Below are positions 26,566 to 35,420 of a stretch of DNA of 64,000 nucleotides, in pieces. The stretch covers positions 804 to 64,803 of the forward strand of contig CAZFTX010000005.1 of NCBI GenBank assembly GCA_964521955.1, in the 5' to 3' direction. Every line of letters begins with the position of its first letter. Position 1 is the stretch's first letter. The notes beneath the pieces were generated by a model. The model saw nothing but the letters and a program-made list of their open reading frames with translations. It searched no databases and was not told where the DNA came from. The stretch is from an uncultured Candidatus Saccharibacteria bacterium (GTDB lineage: Bacteria; Patescibacteriota; Doudnabacteria; UBA920). The position numbers and the translations under genes are program-made.

Positions 26566-26838
26566 TCACGAAGCCTGGTGAAGGAGAGCCTTTCGGCTTA
26601 CAACGCTAATGGCGAGGTGGCCATTTTCAGCTTCGGGTTGGTTCCCTTTTTTGTTTTTGGCGATGGCAGTGACTGCGTCCCCAGACACTTTCACTGATCC
26701 GGGAATCATCCAAAATCCGTTCCATGGTCTGCCTTCGGAGATGCGAGACCGTATTTCGCACGCCAGTTGTTTTGCCCGGATGGATCCGTCCGATACGACG
26801 GTAACTTCAAACATTTCCGGCCATTGAAACAATTCCAT
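26566..26838 (-). CDS. hypothetical protein (GC-rich module)
   Basis: Start taken at MELFQWPEM with GGAGGGGG 6 nt upstream, 91 aa; roughly 55% GC; no family recognised. Confidence 0.4.
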   Translation of the reverse strand: MELFQWPEMFEVTVVSDGSIRAKQLACEIRSRISEGRPWNGFWMIPGSVKVSGDAVTAIAKNKKGNQPEAENGHLAISVVSRKALLHQAS

Positions 26839-26880
26839 TTTACCCCCTCCTCTCTCAAACAAACAATCGGCACGCTATGT

Positions 26881-27858
26881 TTATAGCAGGCCGATTTTTT
26901 GTTTGACTTCCAAAAGTGTTGTTTGGGCAACGGCGCGGGCTTTTTCTGCACCCTCGCCTAAGACTTCTGCAATGTAGTTTGGTTTTGCTAGCAGTTCTTT
27001 TTTCTTTTCCCTGAATTCTGCAAAGTATTCAATAATATTTTTAGCCAAAGTTTCTTTGAGTTCGCTGTATTTTAACTTACCAGAATTTTGAGCTTCACTG
27101 AAGTATTTTACACTTTCTGCTGAACCAAAATGCGAAAGTAAAAACATTAGGTTTTCTTCACCGGGTGACTTCTTGCCGACTTCAGAAGCGGTTACTGCTT
27201 TTTTTATTTTACGGGAAATTTCTGTAGGGGAGTCGTCTAACATTAAAGCTTCGTCACCTGTTTTACTCATTTTTTTCGTAGGCTCGGTTAAGGACATAAT
27301 CCTTAAAGATTTTTTTAAAAAGGTGTGAGGTTCAGGAAAAGTTTGACCAAAGCGGTTGTTAAACTTTCTTGCTACTACTCGGGCAAGTTCTACGTGTTGG
27401 GTTTGATCCTCGCCCACGGGGACTGACTCCGGTTTGTAAATGAGAATGTCAGCAGCCATTAACGAAGGGTAGGTTAAAAGCCCGGCGTTGATATTTTTGG
27501 CGTTTTGTTTAGACTTGTCTTTAAACTGGGTCATTCTTTCCAGTTCAGATATTGGGGTTAAGCAGTTAAACAGCCAGGCTAAAGTCGCGTGTTCTAAAAC
27601 GTGGTTTTGTAAAAAGAAAGTACTTTTTTTAGGGTCAATGCCTGAGGCCAGGTATTCTGCCGCAACTTCAAGTGTAGTTTTTTTAAGCTCTTTAGGTTCA
27701 AAAGGCGTGGTAAGGGCGTGTAAGTCGGCAATAAAGAAAAAACAGTTAGTTTGGCTGTCTGCTTGGATTTCTACAAACTGTTTTAAGGCTCCTAAGTAGT
27801 TGCCAACATGTAAGTTTCCTGTAGCTCTTATACCGGAAAGAATGGTTTTTTGCTTCAT
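26881..27858 (-). CDS. trpS: tryptophanyl-tRNA synthetase
   Basis: Start at MKQKTILSGIRATGNLHVGNYLGAL (HIGH-type motif) and a KMSKT motif; ~325 aa. Confidence 0.9.
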   Translation of the reverse strand: MKQKTILSGIRATGNLHVGNYLGALKQFVEIQADSQTNCFFFIADLHALTTPFEPKELKKTTLEVAAEYLASGIDPKKSTFFLQNHVLEHATLAWLFNCLTPISELERMTQFKDKSKQNAKNINAGLLTYPSLMAADILIYKPESVPVGEDQTQHVELARVVARKFNNRFGQTFPEPHTFLKKSLRIMSLTEPTKKMSKTGDEALMLDDSPTEISRKIKKAVTASEVGKKSPGEENLMFLLSHFGSAESVKYFSEAQNSGKLKYSELKETLAKNIIEYFAEFREKKKELLAKPNYIAEVLGEGAEKARAVAQTTLLEVKQKIGLL

Positions 27859-27874
27859 ATAAAAATAGTATATC

Positions 27875-27910
27875 AAAAAATCCCGCCCCTCGTAAGAGGC
27901 GGGATTTTAT
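27875..27910. terminator. palindromic hairpin terminator between rnj and trpS
   Basis: AAAAUCCCGCCCCUCGUAAGAGGCGGGAUUUU. Confidence 0.5.
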
Positions 27911-29767
27911 TTAGATTTCTATGATTACGGGAAGGATCATTGGCCGTCTCTCTGTTTTTTGGTAGAGATATTCGCCAACTTCGTCGCGAATGACGTTTCG
28001 TAGGTAAGCCCAGTTTGGTTCTAACTTTTCTTTACCTTTGGATTCAACAAGTTTTCTAACTTCATGTTTGACTTCACGAATTAGGTCATCGTTTCCTTTC
28101 ATGTAAATAAAGCCACGAGAAATAATATCCGGTTGGTTAATAAGTTTACCACTCCTGCGGTCTAGGGTTAGTATTATTACAAACATACCGTCTTGTGCCA
28201 TGACTTGTCGGTCGCGGATAACTACTTCACCTACGTCGCCAATTCCCAGTCCGTCAATAAACACGTAACCGGAAGCAATTTTACTGTCTTCAACAATTTT
28301 GGCTTCTTGAGCGGTGGTAAGTTCCAAAATTTGTCCGTTGTCTAAAGCAAAGACTTGGTTTTCAGGAATACCCATAACTTTACCCAGTTCAGCGTGAGCG
28401 GCAATCATGTAGTGTTCTCCATGAATTGGCATGAAAAACTTAGGCTTGGTTAAAGACATCATGAGTTTTAGTTCTTCTTGGTGGGCGTGTCCGGAAGTGT
28501 GAATGTCTAAAATTTTGCTGTAAATAACATGAGCGCCTAAACGGGTGAGGTTGGAAAGTACAACACCAACAGCGCGTTCGTTACCGGGAATAGGGGAAGC
28601 AGAAACGACAGCGGTGTCACCCTTTTTAATTTTAACGGTTTTGTGGTCGCCTCTGGCAATACGTGAAAGCCCGGCGGCTTCTTCGCCTTGGCTACCGGTG
28701 GTTAAAACAACAATTTGGTTGTCAGGGAATTTTTTAGCAACTTCTGACTTAATTACTATTTTGGGTTGGATTTTTAAATAACCCAAAGACAAAGCAGTTT
28801 CAATGGTGTTAACCATGCTTCTGCCGGTTACTATAACTTTGCGGTTAAACTTAGCCGCGGAGTTAAAGAGTTGTTGGATACGGGAAACGTTGGTGGAAAA
28901 AGTTGCAAAAACTATTCTACCTTTGGCTTCTGCAAAAATTCGGTCAATGGTATTTCCCAATTCGCGCTCGCTCACACAGTAACCGGGCTTGGTGGCGTTA
29001 GTGGAGTCAGACATTAAAAGCAAAACGCCTTCTGCGCCAAATTTGGAAATTTTGTCGAACTCGGTTGGTTTGCCGTCGGCAGGGGTGTGGTCAAACTTCC
29101 AGTCAGTCGCGTAAATAATTTGTCCAACCGGAGTAGTAATTGAAAGACCCATGCTGTCAGGAATGTTATGGTTAAGTCTAAAGAAACGAATTTTAAAACT
29201 GCCTAAAGACAAAATGTCGTCTTTTGCCAGTACGTTTATTTTAGTTCTGCCTAAAAGTCCAAATTCTTCCAAACGCTTTTTAATAAACCCTGCAGTAAGT
29301 GGCATGGTGTAAATTGGCGGGTCACCAATTTTTGGAATTATGTAAGGGATTGCACCAATGTGGTCCAAGTGACCGTGGGTAATAATTACACCGCGAATTC
29401 TTCGTTTGTTTTCTTCCAGCCATTTGGTGTCGGGAATAATGTAGTCAATACCGGGCATAGTGTCGTCCGGGAAGGCTAGGCCCATGTCAATAACTATGAG
29501 GTCGTCGCCATACTCTAAGACAGTCATGTTTTCACCGACTTCTTCTACTCCACCCATTGGAATAATCCTCAAATTTTGCCTGGAAGCAGTGTGCCTGCTG
29601 GTAGGGTTAATTTGAATTCCGACTGGTTTTTTTTCTTCGCTAGTAAAGGTAGCGTTGTCTATGAGCCGTTCTAAACGGTCTTCGTCACGGCCTAAAGGGG
29701 CTTTGTGCCCGGCAGGTCTTTGGTTTCTATGACCGCTTTTAGGGTCAAATGTGTGTTTCTTAATCAT
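27911..29767 (-). CDS. rnj: ribonuclease J (metallo-beta-lactamase/beta-CASP) with ~70 aa basic N-terminal extension
   Basis: 618 aa; HGHLDHIGAIPY metal-binding motif, beta-CASP and C-terminal domain. Confidence 0.85.
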   Translation of the reverse strand: MIKKHTFDPKSGHRNQRPAGHKAPLGRDEDRLERLIDNATFTSEEKKPVGIQINPTSRHTASRQNLRIIPMGGVEEVGENMTVLEYGDDLIVIDMGLAFPDDTMPGIDYIIPDTKWLEENKRRIRGVIITHGHLDHIGAIPYIIPKIGDPPIYTMPLTAGFIKKRLEEFGLLGRTKINVLAKDDILSLGSFKIRFFRLNHNIPDSMGLSITTPVGQIIYATDWKFDHTPADGKPTEFDKISKFGAEGVLLLMSDSTNATKPGYCVSERELGNTIDRIFAEAKGRIVFATFSTNVSRIQQLFNSAAKFNRKVIVTGRSMVNTIETALSLGYLKIQPKIVIKSEVAKKFPDNQIVVLTTGSQGEEAAGLSRIARGDHKTVKIKKGDTAVVSASPIPGNERAVGVVLSNLTRLGAHVIYSKILDIHTSGHAHQEELKLMMSLTKPKFFMPIHGEHYMIAAHAELGKVMGIPENQVFALDNGQILELTTAQEAKIVEDSKIASGYVFIDGLGIGDVGEVVIRDRQVMAQDGMFVIILTLDRRSGKLINQPDIISRGFIYMKGNDDLIREVKHEVRKLVESKGKEKLEPNWAYLRNVIRDEVGEYLYQKTERRPMILPVIIEI

Positions 29768-30018
29768 TTTTTAAACACAAAAAACTTTCCGACCTAAATT
29801 TGCGTTTTTTAGGTCAATTAATTTATTGCCAAAACATTTTTGGCGTAAGCTCTAACGAGTGGCTTGTTCAGCCGACCTGTAAGAGTGTGCTTCGCAATTA
29901 GCAAATAAAAACTTAAAAATATTTTTTAGGCTTTTATTTGTAAACTGTTTAAGTTGCTTAAAGCTTACTCATTTCTGTTATTATATCACACCCTCCAAAC
30001 TTTGTCAAAGTTTTATAT

Positions 30019-30093
30019 TGGTGGGCGTAGAGAGACTCGAACTCTCACGGCCGTTAGGCCACACGTACCTGAAACGTGCGCGCCCCGCACAAG
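30019..30093 (-). tRNA. tRNA-Leu(CAG)-like partial copy (3' two-thirds) or D-arm-less tRNA-like element
   Basis: Minus strand reads CACGU-UUCAGGU-ACGUG (anticodon CAG), variable arm GGCC-UAAC-GGCC, T-arm GAGAG-UUCGAGU-CUCUC, then UACGCCC-A-CCA. Only 15 nt (CUUGUGCGGGGCGCG) separate it from the upstream tRNA, so no D-arm is present. GGGCGCG could pair 6/7 with the 3' acceptor strand. Confidence 0.4.
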
Positions 30094-30180
30094 TGGTGCC
30101 GAAGGAGGGACTTGAACCCTCACGATCTTGCGATCATACGCACCTGAAGCGTACGTGTATGCCAATTTCACCACTTCGGC
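30094..30180 (-). tRNA. tRNA-Leu (anticodon CAG), CCA encoded
   Basis: 87 nt: acceptor GCCGAAG/CUUCGGC, D-arm GUG-AAAUUGGCAUA-CAC, anticodon arm UACGC-UUCAGGU-GCGUA, long variable arm UGAUCGCAAGAUCGU, T-arm GAGGG-UUCAAGU-CCCUC, discriminator A and CCA. Confidence 0.85.
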
Positions 30181-30318
30181 CCCAACTGTGCGGGGTAAAT
30201 ATACCAGCTTCTCCGCCGTAACTTTAGTGAAGGCTGAGCTCCGCCACATGCCTGAATTGTTCCAGAACTTGCCGAGACTGAGTAAATTTAAAAGATTTTA
30301 TCTGTGCTATTAGTGTGT

Positions 30319-30349
30319 CAGAAAAGATCCCTGCCTGCCGGCAGGCAGG
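30319..30349 (-). terminator. intrinsic terminator after SBP gene
   Basis: CCUGCCUGCCGGCAGGCAGG palindrome followed by GAUCUUUUC on the minus strand. Confidence 0.5.
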
Positions 30350-30357
30350 TGCGGTTA

Positions 30358-32103
30358 TTATTTCCAAACTCTTCGCTCTTCAATATACCATTCATTTACT
30401 CCAAAAAACCTGTAACTAGGCTCAAGCAGGGAAGTTCTTTGGAAGTTTTTGACTTTAGTGTCTAGAAAATAAACATATTGGGCCTGGGTAATAAACACAG
30501 CCGGGGTTTTGCTTAAAAACAAGCTGTAAAATTCTTCGTATTTGTTTTTTCTAATTTGAGTATTTGTTGTTGTTCTACCTTCAGTTAAAAGTTTGTCTAT
30601 TTCTGAGTCTTCCAGTCCCGTGATGTTAATACCGGGATCTTTAATCTGACTGGAATGCCAGAGTACAAAAGGATCCGGGTCTTCGCTGAATTTTTGGGAA
30701 AGGATGAGCGTGTCAAATTGACGAGGGCGAATAACTTCCTCTGAAATTTGTTTGCTTGGTAAAACTTGGAGATTTACTTTTATATTCAGACTTTGCCAGG
30801 CATTAGAAATTATTTCCGCAGTTTTAACGTTTGCAGACAGGTCATTAGTGGTTAGGTTAAGTTCTAAAGTCTCATTTTTTTTGGTTCGAAAACCAGTGCT
30901 CGGGTCAACTATCCAGCCTAAAGTTTCCAATTCGTTCTTGGCGGTTTCCAATTCAAAGTTTGAGCTTAAGTCTAACTCTAAGCTTAAGTTTTTAAATACT
31001 GACAGGTTAGGCTTTTGAGCTTGAGAATTAAAAGCTGTAGAAATAATTTTGTCTTGGTCAATAGTTTTTGAAAGTACTTGTCTTAGACTAATGTCCTTTA
31101 AAAACTTATTGTTTAAGTTAAAATACAGCATTTGGTATTGAGGTATGGCCAAAGTAATTTTGCCCGATTCAGACCCTTTTTTTGTATCAGTTTTTAATTC
31201 TCCTGTACCCGTAAAACCAAAACCTTGAATTTGTCCGCTGTGAAGTGCGTTAAATAAACCTTCGTCCGAGTCAAAGAATTTAAAGGTCAAAGTGTCTATT
31301 TTTGACTTTCCTTCAAAGTAGTTAGAGAAAGAATTTAAACTAATACTTTGAATTTCACCGTTTGATTTTTTTATTTCTTTAATTAGGTATGGTCCCGTGC
31401 CTATTGCTTTGAGATTGTTTTCTGAAAGAGGGAAGCTGGCAGAGTCCGTTTTGTTCCAAACAAATTTGGGAAGTATTGGTTGAGTAAGGTTGGGTAAAAA
31501 GGGTCCCGCAACGTCTTTTGTAGTAAATCTGACAACGAAATCAGAAAGTTTTTCTACATTGGTAGAAAGCCAAGTATTTCTGTTGGGGCTTTTAAAACTA
31601 GGATCTTTTAAAATTTGAAAAGTGAAAATAACATCTTCAGCGGTAAAAAGTCTGTCATTATGCCATTTAACATTCTTTTTTAAGTTTACGGTATACTGTT
31701 TTTGATCCTCGGAAATTTCCGGTAGGCTTTCTGCTAAGTCAGGAACAAGTGAGCCTTCGGCATTGTATTTATAGAGCCCAGAATAAACTAATCGAGTTAA
31801 ACTTAAGTCAGTTTCGGAAAAAGCCAATACCGGGTTTATGTATACTGGTTGACCTTTAAGTCCTTCTGTATAATTTCCACCGAAATCTGGGGCGGTTAAA
31901 GTTTGGTTATAGTAAGCGTTGCGTAAAGAAACATAAAAAGTAATTAAAGCAAGCAAGGCAAGAACGCTTAAAACAATTTTTTCTTTTTTGCTCATTAAAG
32001 AAAAAACTTTCCTGAAGGAGGAAAGGCGGGCGGTTTTAAGTGCTTTGGTTCCTGCTAAGATTTGCTTACCAAAGCTGAAAAAATTGTTGGTAGTTCCGTT
32101 CAT
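30358..32103 (-). CDS. ABC transporter substrate-binding protein, family 5 (oligopeptide/nickel type)
   Basis: 581 aa (a shorter start at MSKKEK is possible); N-terminal TM anchor and an SBP_bac_5-like core (GGNYTEGLKGQPVYINPVLA..., WHNDRLFTAEDVIFTF). Confidence 0.7.
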   Translation of the reverse strand: MNGTTNNFFSFGKQILAGTKALKTARLSSFRKVFSLMSKKEKIVLSVLALLALITFYVSLRNAYYNQTLTAPDFGGNYTEGLKGQPVYINPVLAFSETDLSLTRLVYSGLYKYNAEGSLVPDLAESLPEISEDQKQYTVNLKKNVKWHNDRLFTAEDVIFTFQILKDPSFKSPNRNTWLSTNVEKLSDFVVRFTTKDVAGPFLPNLTQPILPKFVWNKTDSASFPLSENNLKAIGTGPYLIKEIKKSNGEIQSISLNSFSNYFEGKSKIDTLTFKFFDSDEGLFNALHSGQIQGFGFTGTGELKTDTKKGSESGKITLAIPQYQMLYFNLNNKFLKDISLRQVLSKTIDQDKIISTAFNSQAQKPNLSVFKNLSLELDLSSNFELETAKNELETLGWIVDPSTGFRTKKNETLELNLTTNDLSANVKTAEIISNAWQSLNIKVNLQVLPSKQISEEVIRPRQFDTLILSQKFSEDPDPFVLWHSSQIKDPGINITGLEDSEIDKLLTEGRTTTNTQIRKNKYEEFYSLFLSKTPAVFITQAQYVYFLDTKVKNFQRTSLLEPSYRFFGVNEWYIEERRVWK

Positions 32104-32187
32104 TTTTATCCGATAAAATTTCTAAAGAAATTTTTACTTATACTGGCTTTTTTGAATTCGGATGTTTCAAAAAAGGATTGTTCGGGC

Positions 32188-32406
32188 TTATTTTACAAAT
32201 AAAAAGCTAATGTTAATACTAATAAAAAGAATGCCGGAGACAATTGTTGCGTAAAAGAGCCATTTTTCAAACCCGCGTCTAGTTTGGACTATATTACCTG
32301 CGCCACCAAAAACATTGGAAAGACCGGAGGATTTGTTTTGTAAGGAAACAAAAATAATCAGTAAAACCATGACTAGAATGTTTGCAAACTGCAAGATTTG
32401 ACGCAT
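32188..32406 (-). CDS. secG: preprotein translocase subunit SecG
   Basis: 72 aa, two TM helices with central GLSNVFGGAGN...RRGFE motif. Confidence 0.7.
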   Translation of the reverse strand: MRQILQFANILVMVLLIIFVSLQNKSSGLSNVFGGAGNIVQTRRGFEKWLFYATIVSGILFISINISFLFVK

Positions 32407-32576
32407 AAATTGAAAGTTTTTTACTTGGAATTCTAACTGGTGAATTATAACTAAAATTACCGGTTTAAGTCAAGAAGCAAGACAGAATTAACCTAATCTC
32501 TAATTGTCCTAATTATTCAAAAAAATGCAAAGAAAGTTTTTAGGTTAATTAGTAATTAGGTCAATTAGAATAATTT

Positions 32577-34511
32577 TTAAAGGTTTTGTTTAATAGTGAG
32601 AGCGAGTTTTTCTCCCACCACTGCTTTTAGTTCTTCTAAAGAAGCCTTTTTTATTTCAGCAACTGTTCCAAATTTGGTTTTAAGTATCTTTTTAGTTTTT
32701 GGTCCTACACCTGGTAAGGTATCCAGGGCAGAAGTATAAGCTTGTTTGCTTCTTAAGTTTCTGTGGAAAGTTATTCCAAACCTGTGAGCTTCGTCCCTAA
32801 GTCTTTGTAGAAGCTGTAGGGCCGGTTGGTCGTGTGAAAGTATAATGGGTTGTTTTTTCCCCGGAACAAAAATTTCTTCCAAGCGTTTTGCCAGTCCTAT
32901 AACTTTTAACTTTTCACTTTCTTGCCCTGAGCTTGTTGAATGGGCAACTTTCAACTTGCTTAATGCGGCTAATGCCGCATTAAGCTGACCCTTGCCTCCG
33001 TCTACTACTATTAAATCCGGCAATGGCCACTTACTAAGCTGGTCAGGCTGATTAGCTGATCTGCTGATCAGGCTGTGTGTGAGTCTTCGAGTAATAATTT
33101 CACGCATCATACTAAAGTCGTCAGGAGTCTCTTTAATTTGGACTTTAAATTTTCTATATTCTGACTTTGCTGCTAGTCCGTTTTTAAAAACCACCATACT
33201 GGCAACCGGATTAGTACCTTGGGTGTTGGAAATATCAAAACATTCAATTCTTTCGGGAATTTTTTTAAGACCTAAGACCTCTTGAAGTTGTTTTAAAGCG
33301 CGGCCAATTTTGTCTAAGTGGCCTGCTCTTTCTGTTAACCAGTTTTTCAAATGTTCTTTAGCATTAAGAGCGCTGGTTTTTAAAAGACTTAATGCTTTAC
33401 CTTTTTTAGGTACAGAAATTTTAACACTCTTACCAAAACGTGCTTTTAACAAATTTTTAACAACTTCGACATTGCTAACTGGTAGATTTAAATAAATTTC
33501 TTTAGGAATGTCGCTAGTTTCTAAGTAGTATTGTTCTAAAAAGGTTTCTAGAATCACTTGTTCTTTGTTACTTTCATTTTCTTTAGTTTGCTTTGAGTCA
33601 TAAACAAAATTTTCTTTGCCTACAAGCTTACCTTCTCTGACTTTGAGTAAGTTTACACAGTAAAAACCTTCGTCGGAGCTAAAGGAGGCAAGGTCCCAAT
33701 TAACTTTATTTGCAAAAATTACGCTTTGCTTTTCGCTTAAAAGTTTTAGGCTTAAAAATTGGTTTCTAAGTCTTGCTGCGGTTTCAAAACGTTTTTTTTT
33801 GGCGGCGCTGAGCATTTCTTTTTTTAAGTCATGCATGGCGCCGGCAATGTTACCGGAGAGAAATTGTTTAATTCTTTCTAAGTGAGTTTTATATTCGTCT
33901 AAGCTAATTTTGCCGAAGCATACACCAGGACAACGGTGGAGGTGGTAGTAAAAACAAGGTTTTTGGGAAACTTTTTCAGCGCTACAGTAAGGGAAGATTC
34001 TTCTTACGGTTTGGAGAGTTTCTCGGATTTTCAGTGCAGATGTGTACGGTCCAAAATAATCAGACTTGTTGTTTGTTATTTTTGATCTGGAATTGGCTTT
34101 GTATTTGATATCTGCCTGCCCGCCGAAGCCTTGGCGAAGGAGGGGTTCTTGGATTCTTCTTGTTATGTTGATTTGAGGGATTTGGGTGGAGTAGTCTAAA
34201 ACAATAAACGCGTAAGATTTGTCGTCTTTAAGTTCAATGTTGTATTTAGGCTTGTGGTTTTGGATTAGGGTTCTTTCTAAATACAAACTTTCCAATTCGG
34301 TGTGGACTACAGTGTAGTCTAAGTCAGTTGCCTCGTTAATTAAAAAAGGAATTTGAACCCTGGTGTCAGTACCCTTAAAATACTGGTTAACTCGGTTTTT
34401 AAGGTTTTTAGCTTTGCCAATATAAATAACCTCACCGGATTTGTTTTTAAAAAAATACACTCCGGGCTGGGTGGGTATAGACTTTAGTTTTAGAGTTATA
34501 AGGTTTTTCAA
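32577..34511 (-). CDS. uvrC: excinuclease ABC subunit C
   Basis: 644 aa; GIY-YIG N-terminus (GVYFFKNKSGEVIYIGKAKNLKNRVNQYF), UvrBC, endonuclease V-like and HhH domains. It contains an ATCAG-periodic insert (SANQPDQLSKW). Confidence 0.9.
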   Translation of the reverse strand: MKNLITLKLKSIPTQPGVYFFKNKSGEVIYIGKAKNLKNRVNQYFKGTDTRVQIPFLINEATDLDYTVVHTELESLYLERTLIQNHKPKYNIELKDDKSYAFIVLDYSTQIPQINITRRIQEPLLRQGFGGQADIKYKANSRSKITNNKSDYFGPYTSALKIRETLQTVRRIFPYCSAEKVSQKPCFYYHLHRCPGVCFGKISLDEYKTHLERIKQFLSGNIAGAMHDLKKEMLSAAKKKRFETAARLRNQFLSLKLLSEKQSVIFANKVNWDLASFSSDEGFYCVNLLKVREGKLVGKENFVYDSKQTKENESNKEQVILETFLEQYYLETSDIPKEIYLNLPVSNVEVVKNLLKARFGKSVKISVPKKGKALSLLKTSALNAKEHLKNWLTERAGHLDKIGRALKQLQEVLGLKKIPERIECFDISNTQGTNPVASMVVFKNGLAAKSEYRKFKVQIKETPDDFSMMREIITRRLTHSLISRSANQPDQLSKWPLPDLIVVDGGKGQLNAALAALSKLKVAHSTSSGQESEKLKVIGLAKRLEEIFVPGKKQPIILSHDQPALQLLQRLRDEAHRFGITFHRNLRSKQAYTSALDTLPGVGPKTKKILKTKFGTVAEIKKASLEELKAVVGEKLALTIKQNL

Positions 34512-34694
34512 GTTATAAAGTTATTTAACAATTATTCTAATTATAGTAGGCTTGTAAATAAAAATCCAAAGCGACACTAAAATACGAATTACATGCGAAT
34601 GACACTAATACTTAAATACTCTTCACAAAAGTCATGTTTTAAGCTAATATTGCAGGCAAGAATAGAGGTTGTTTAACAACCGGAAAGAGGGAAT

Positions 34695-34844
34695 ATGGAC
34701 AGTAGGTTTGAGGGTAACAACGTATGTGTTGGCGGGGCGCTGGTTTGTGGTCTCGTCGTGGTTGGTCTGTTTCTTTGCGCACTGTACTTCGGCGCAAAGT
34801 TCGTTGGACAGTTGGGCATGAGCCACCCGTTCGCGGGATTGTAG
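34695..34844 (+). CDS. small single-TM protein (49 aa), GC-rich two-gene cassette, gene 1
   Basis: AAAGAGGG RBS 6 nt upstream of the ATG; MDSRFEGNNVCVGGALVCGLVVVGLFLCALYFGAKFVGQLGMSHPFAGL. Below the ORF-track size cutoff. Confidence 0.3.
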   Translation: MDSRFEGNNVCVGGALVCGLVVVGLFLCALYFGAKFVGQLGMSHPFAGL

Positions 34845-34856
34845 AGAGGTGCTGGC

Positions 34857-35072
34857 ATGGAAAACAGATCTTGGCGGATTTTTTTGTGGGTTGTGGTTGT
34901 GGTTACGGTTTTGGCGCTGGTATTTATGTCAGTCGCTTTGGCAAAGAATAATGAAGGCAGGCTCTTTCTCCTGTGCTTCAAAGTCCTTGCTGTGGTGACT
35001 GGCTACTTTGGGGAAGCTAATTGGCGACAGGGCAGTGGTAACAGCGCTCAGTCTCGTGACGGCAAACAGTGA
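34857..35072 (+). CDS. small membrane protein (71 aa), GC-rich cassette, gene 2
   Basis: GAGAGG RBS; hydrophobic core WRIFLWVVVVVTVLALVFMSVALA; followed by hairpins at ~35100..35190. Confidence 0.4.
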   Translation: MENRSWRIFLWVVVVVTVLALVFMSVALAKNNEGRLFLLCFKVLAVVTGYFGEANWRQGSGNSAQSRDGKQ

Positions 35073-35420
35073 GAGCTTGGCAAAACAGAAATCTATTTCC
35101 AGCAGTAATCCGGAGCCCCAGCGGGGCGGTTCGGATTAGCCGGGTGAGCAGCGCGCTACGAGCGCGATGTTTACCCGGTTTAATTTTGTCTTGTTTCTAA
35201 GTATTTCAATTATTTCTCTTATTTCTGGAGCGGGATAAACCTATTTTCCTTATAAGCTAAGAGCTATTGTCTATAAGCTGTCTTAGGCTCTTGCTCAACC
35301 CGTATTTTTGTGGTAGACTTTTTATCAGTTTGTTTTTTCTACAGAAACAAACATTACTTTACAGATATCTGCAGATTTTTATTTGAGTTTAGTTTTTTTA
35401 GAATAATTAGAACAATTTTT

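Noticed and set aside
30013-30313. ORFs 30013..30249(-), 30018..30221(+), 30128..30313(+)
   Set aside because: They overlap two tRNA-Leu units with clear cloverleaf structure.
35310-35420. N-terminal 37 aa extension of uvrA in the ORF track
   Set aside because: The extension is hydrophobic/Phe-rich and not UvrA-like. The conserved UvrA N-terminus begins at [15 protein letters not shown] (35421), directly after the TTAGAATAATTAGAACAATTTTT motif.
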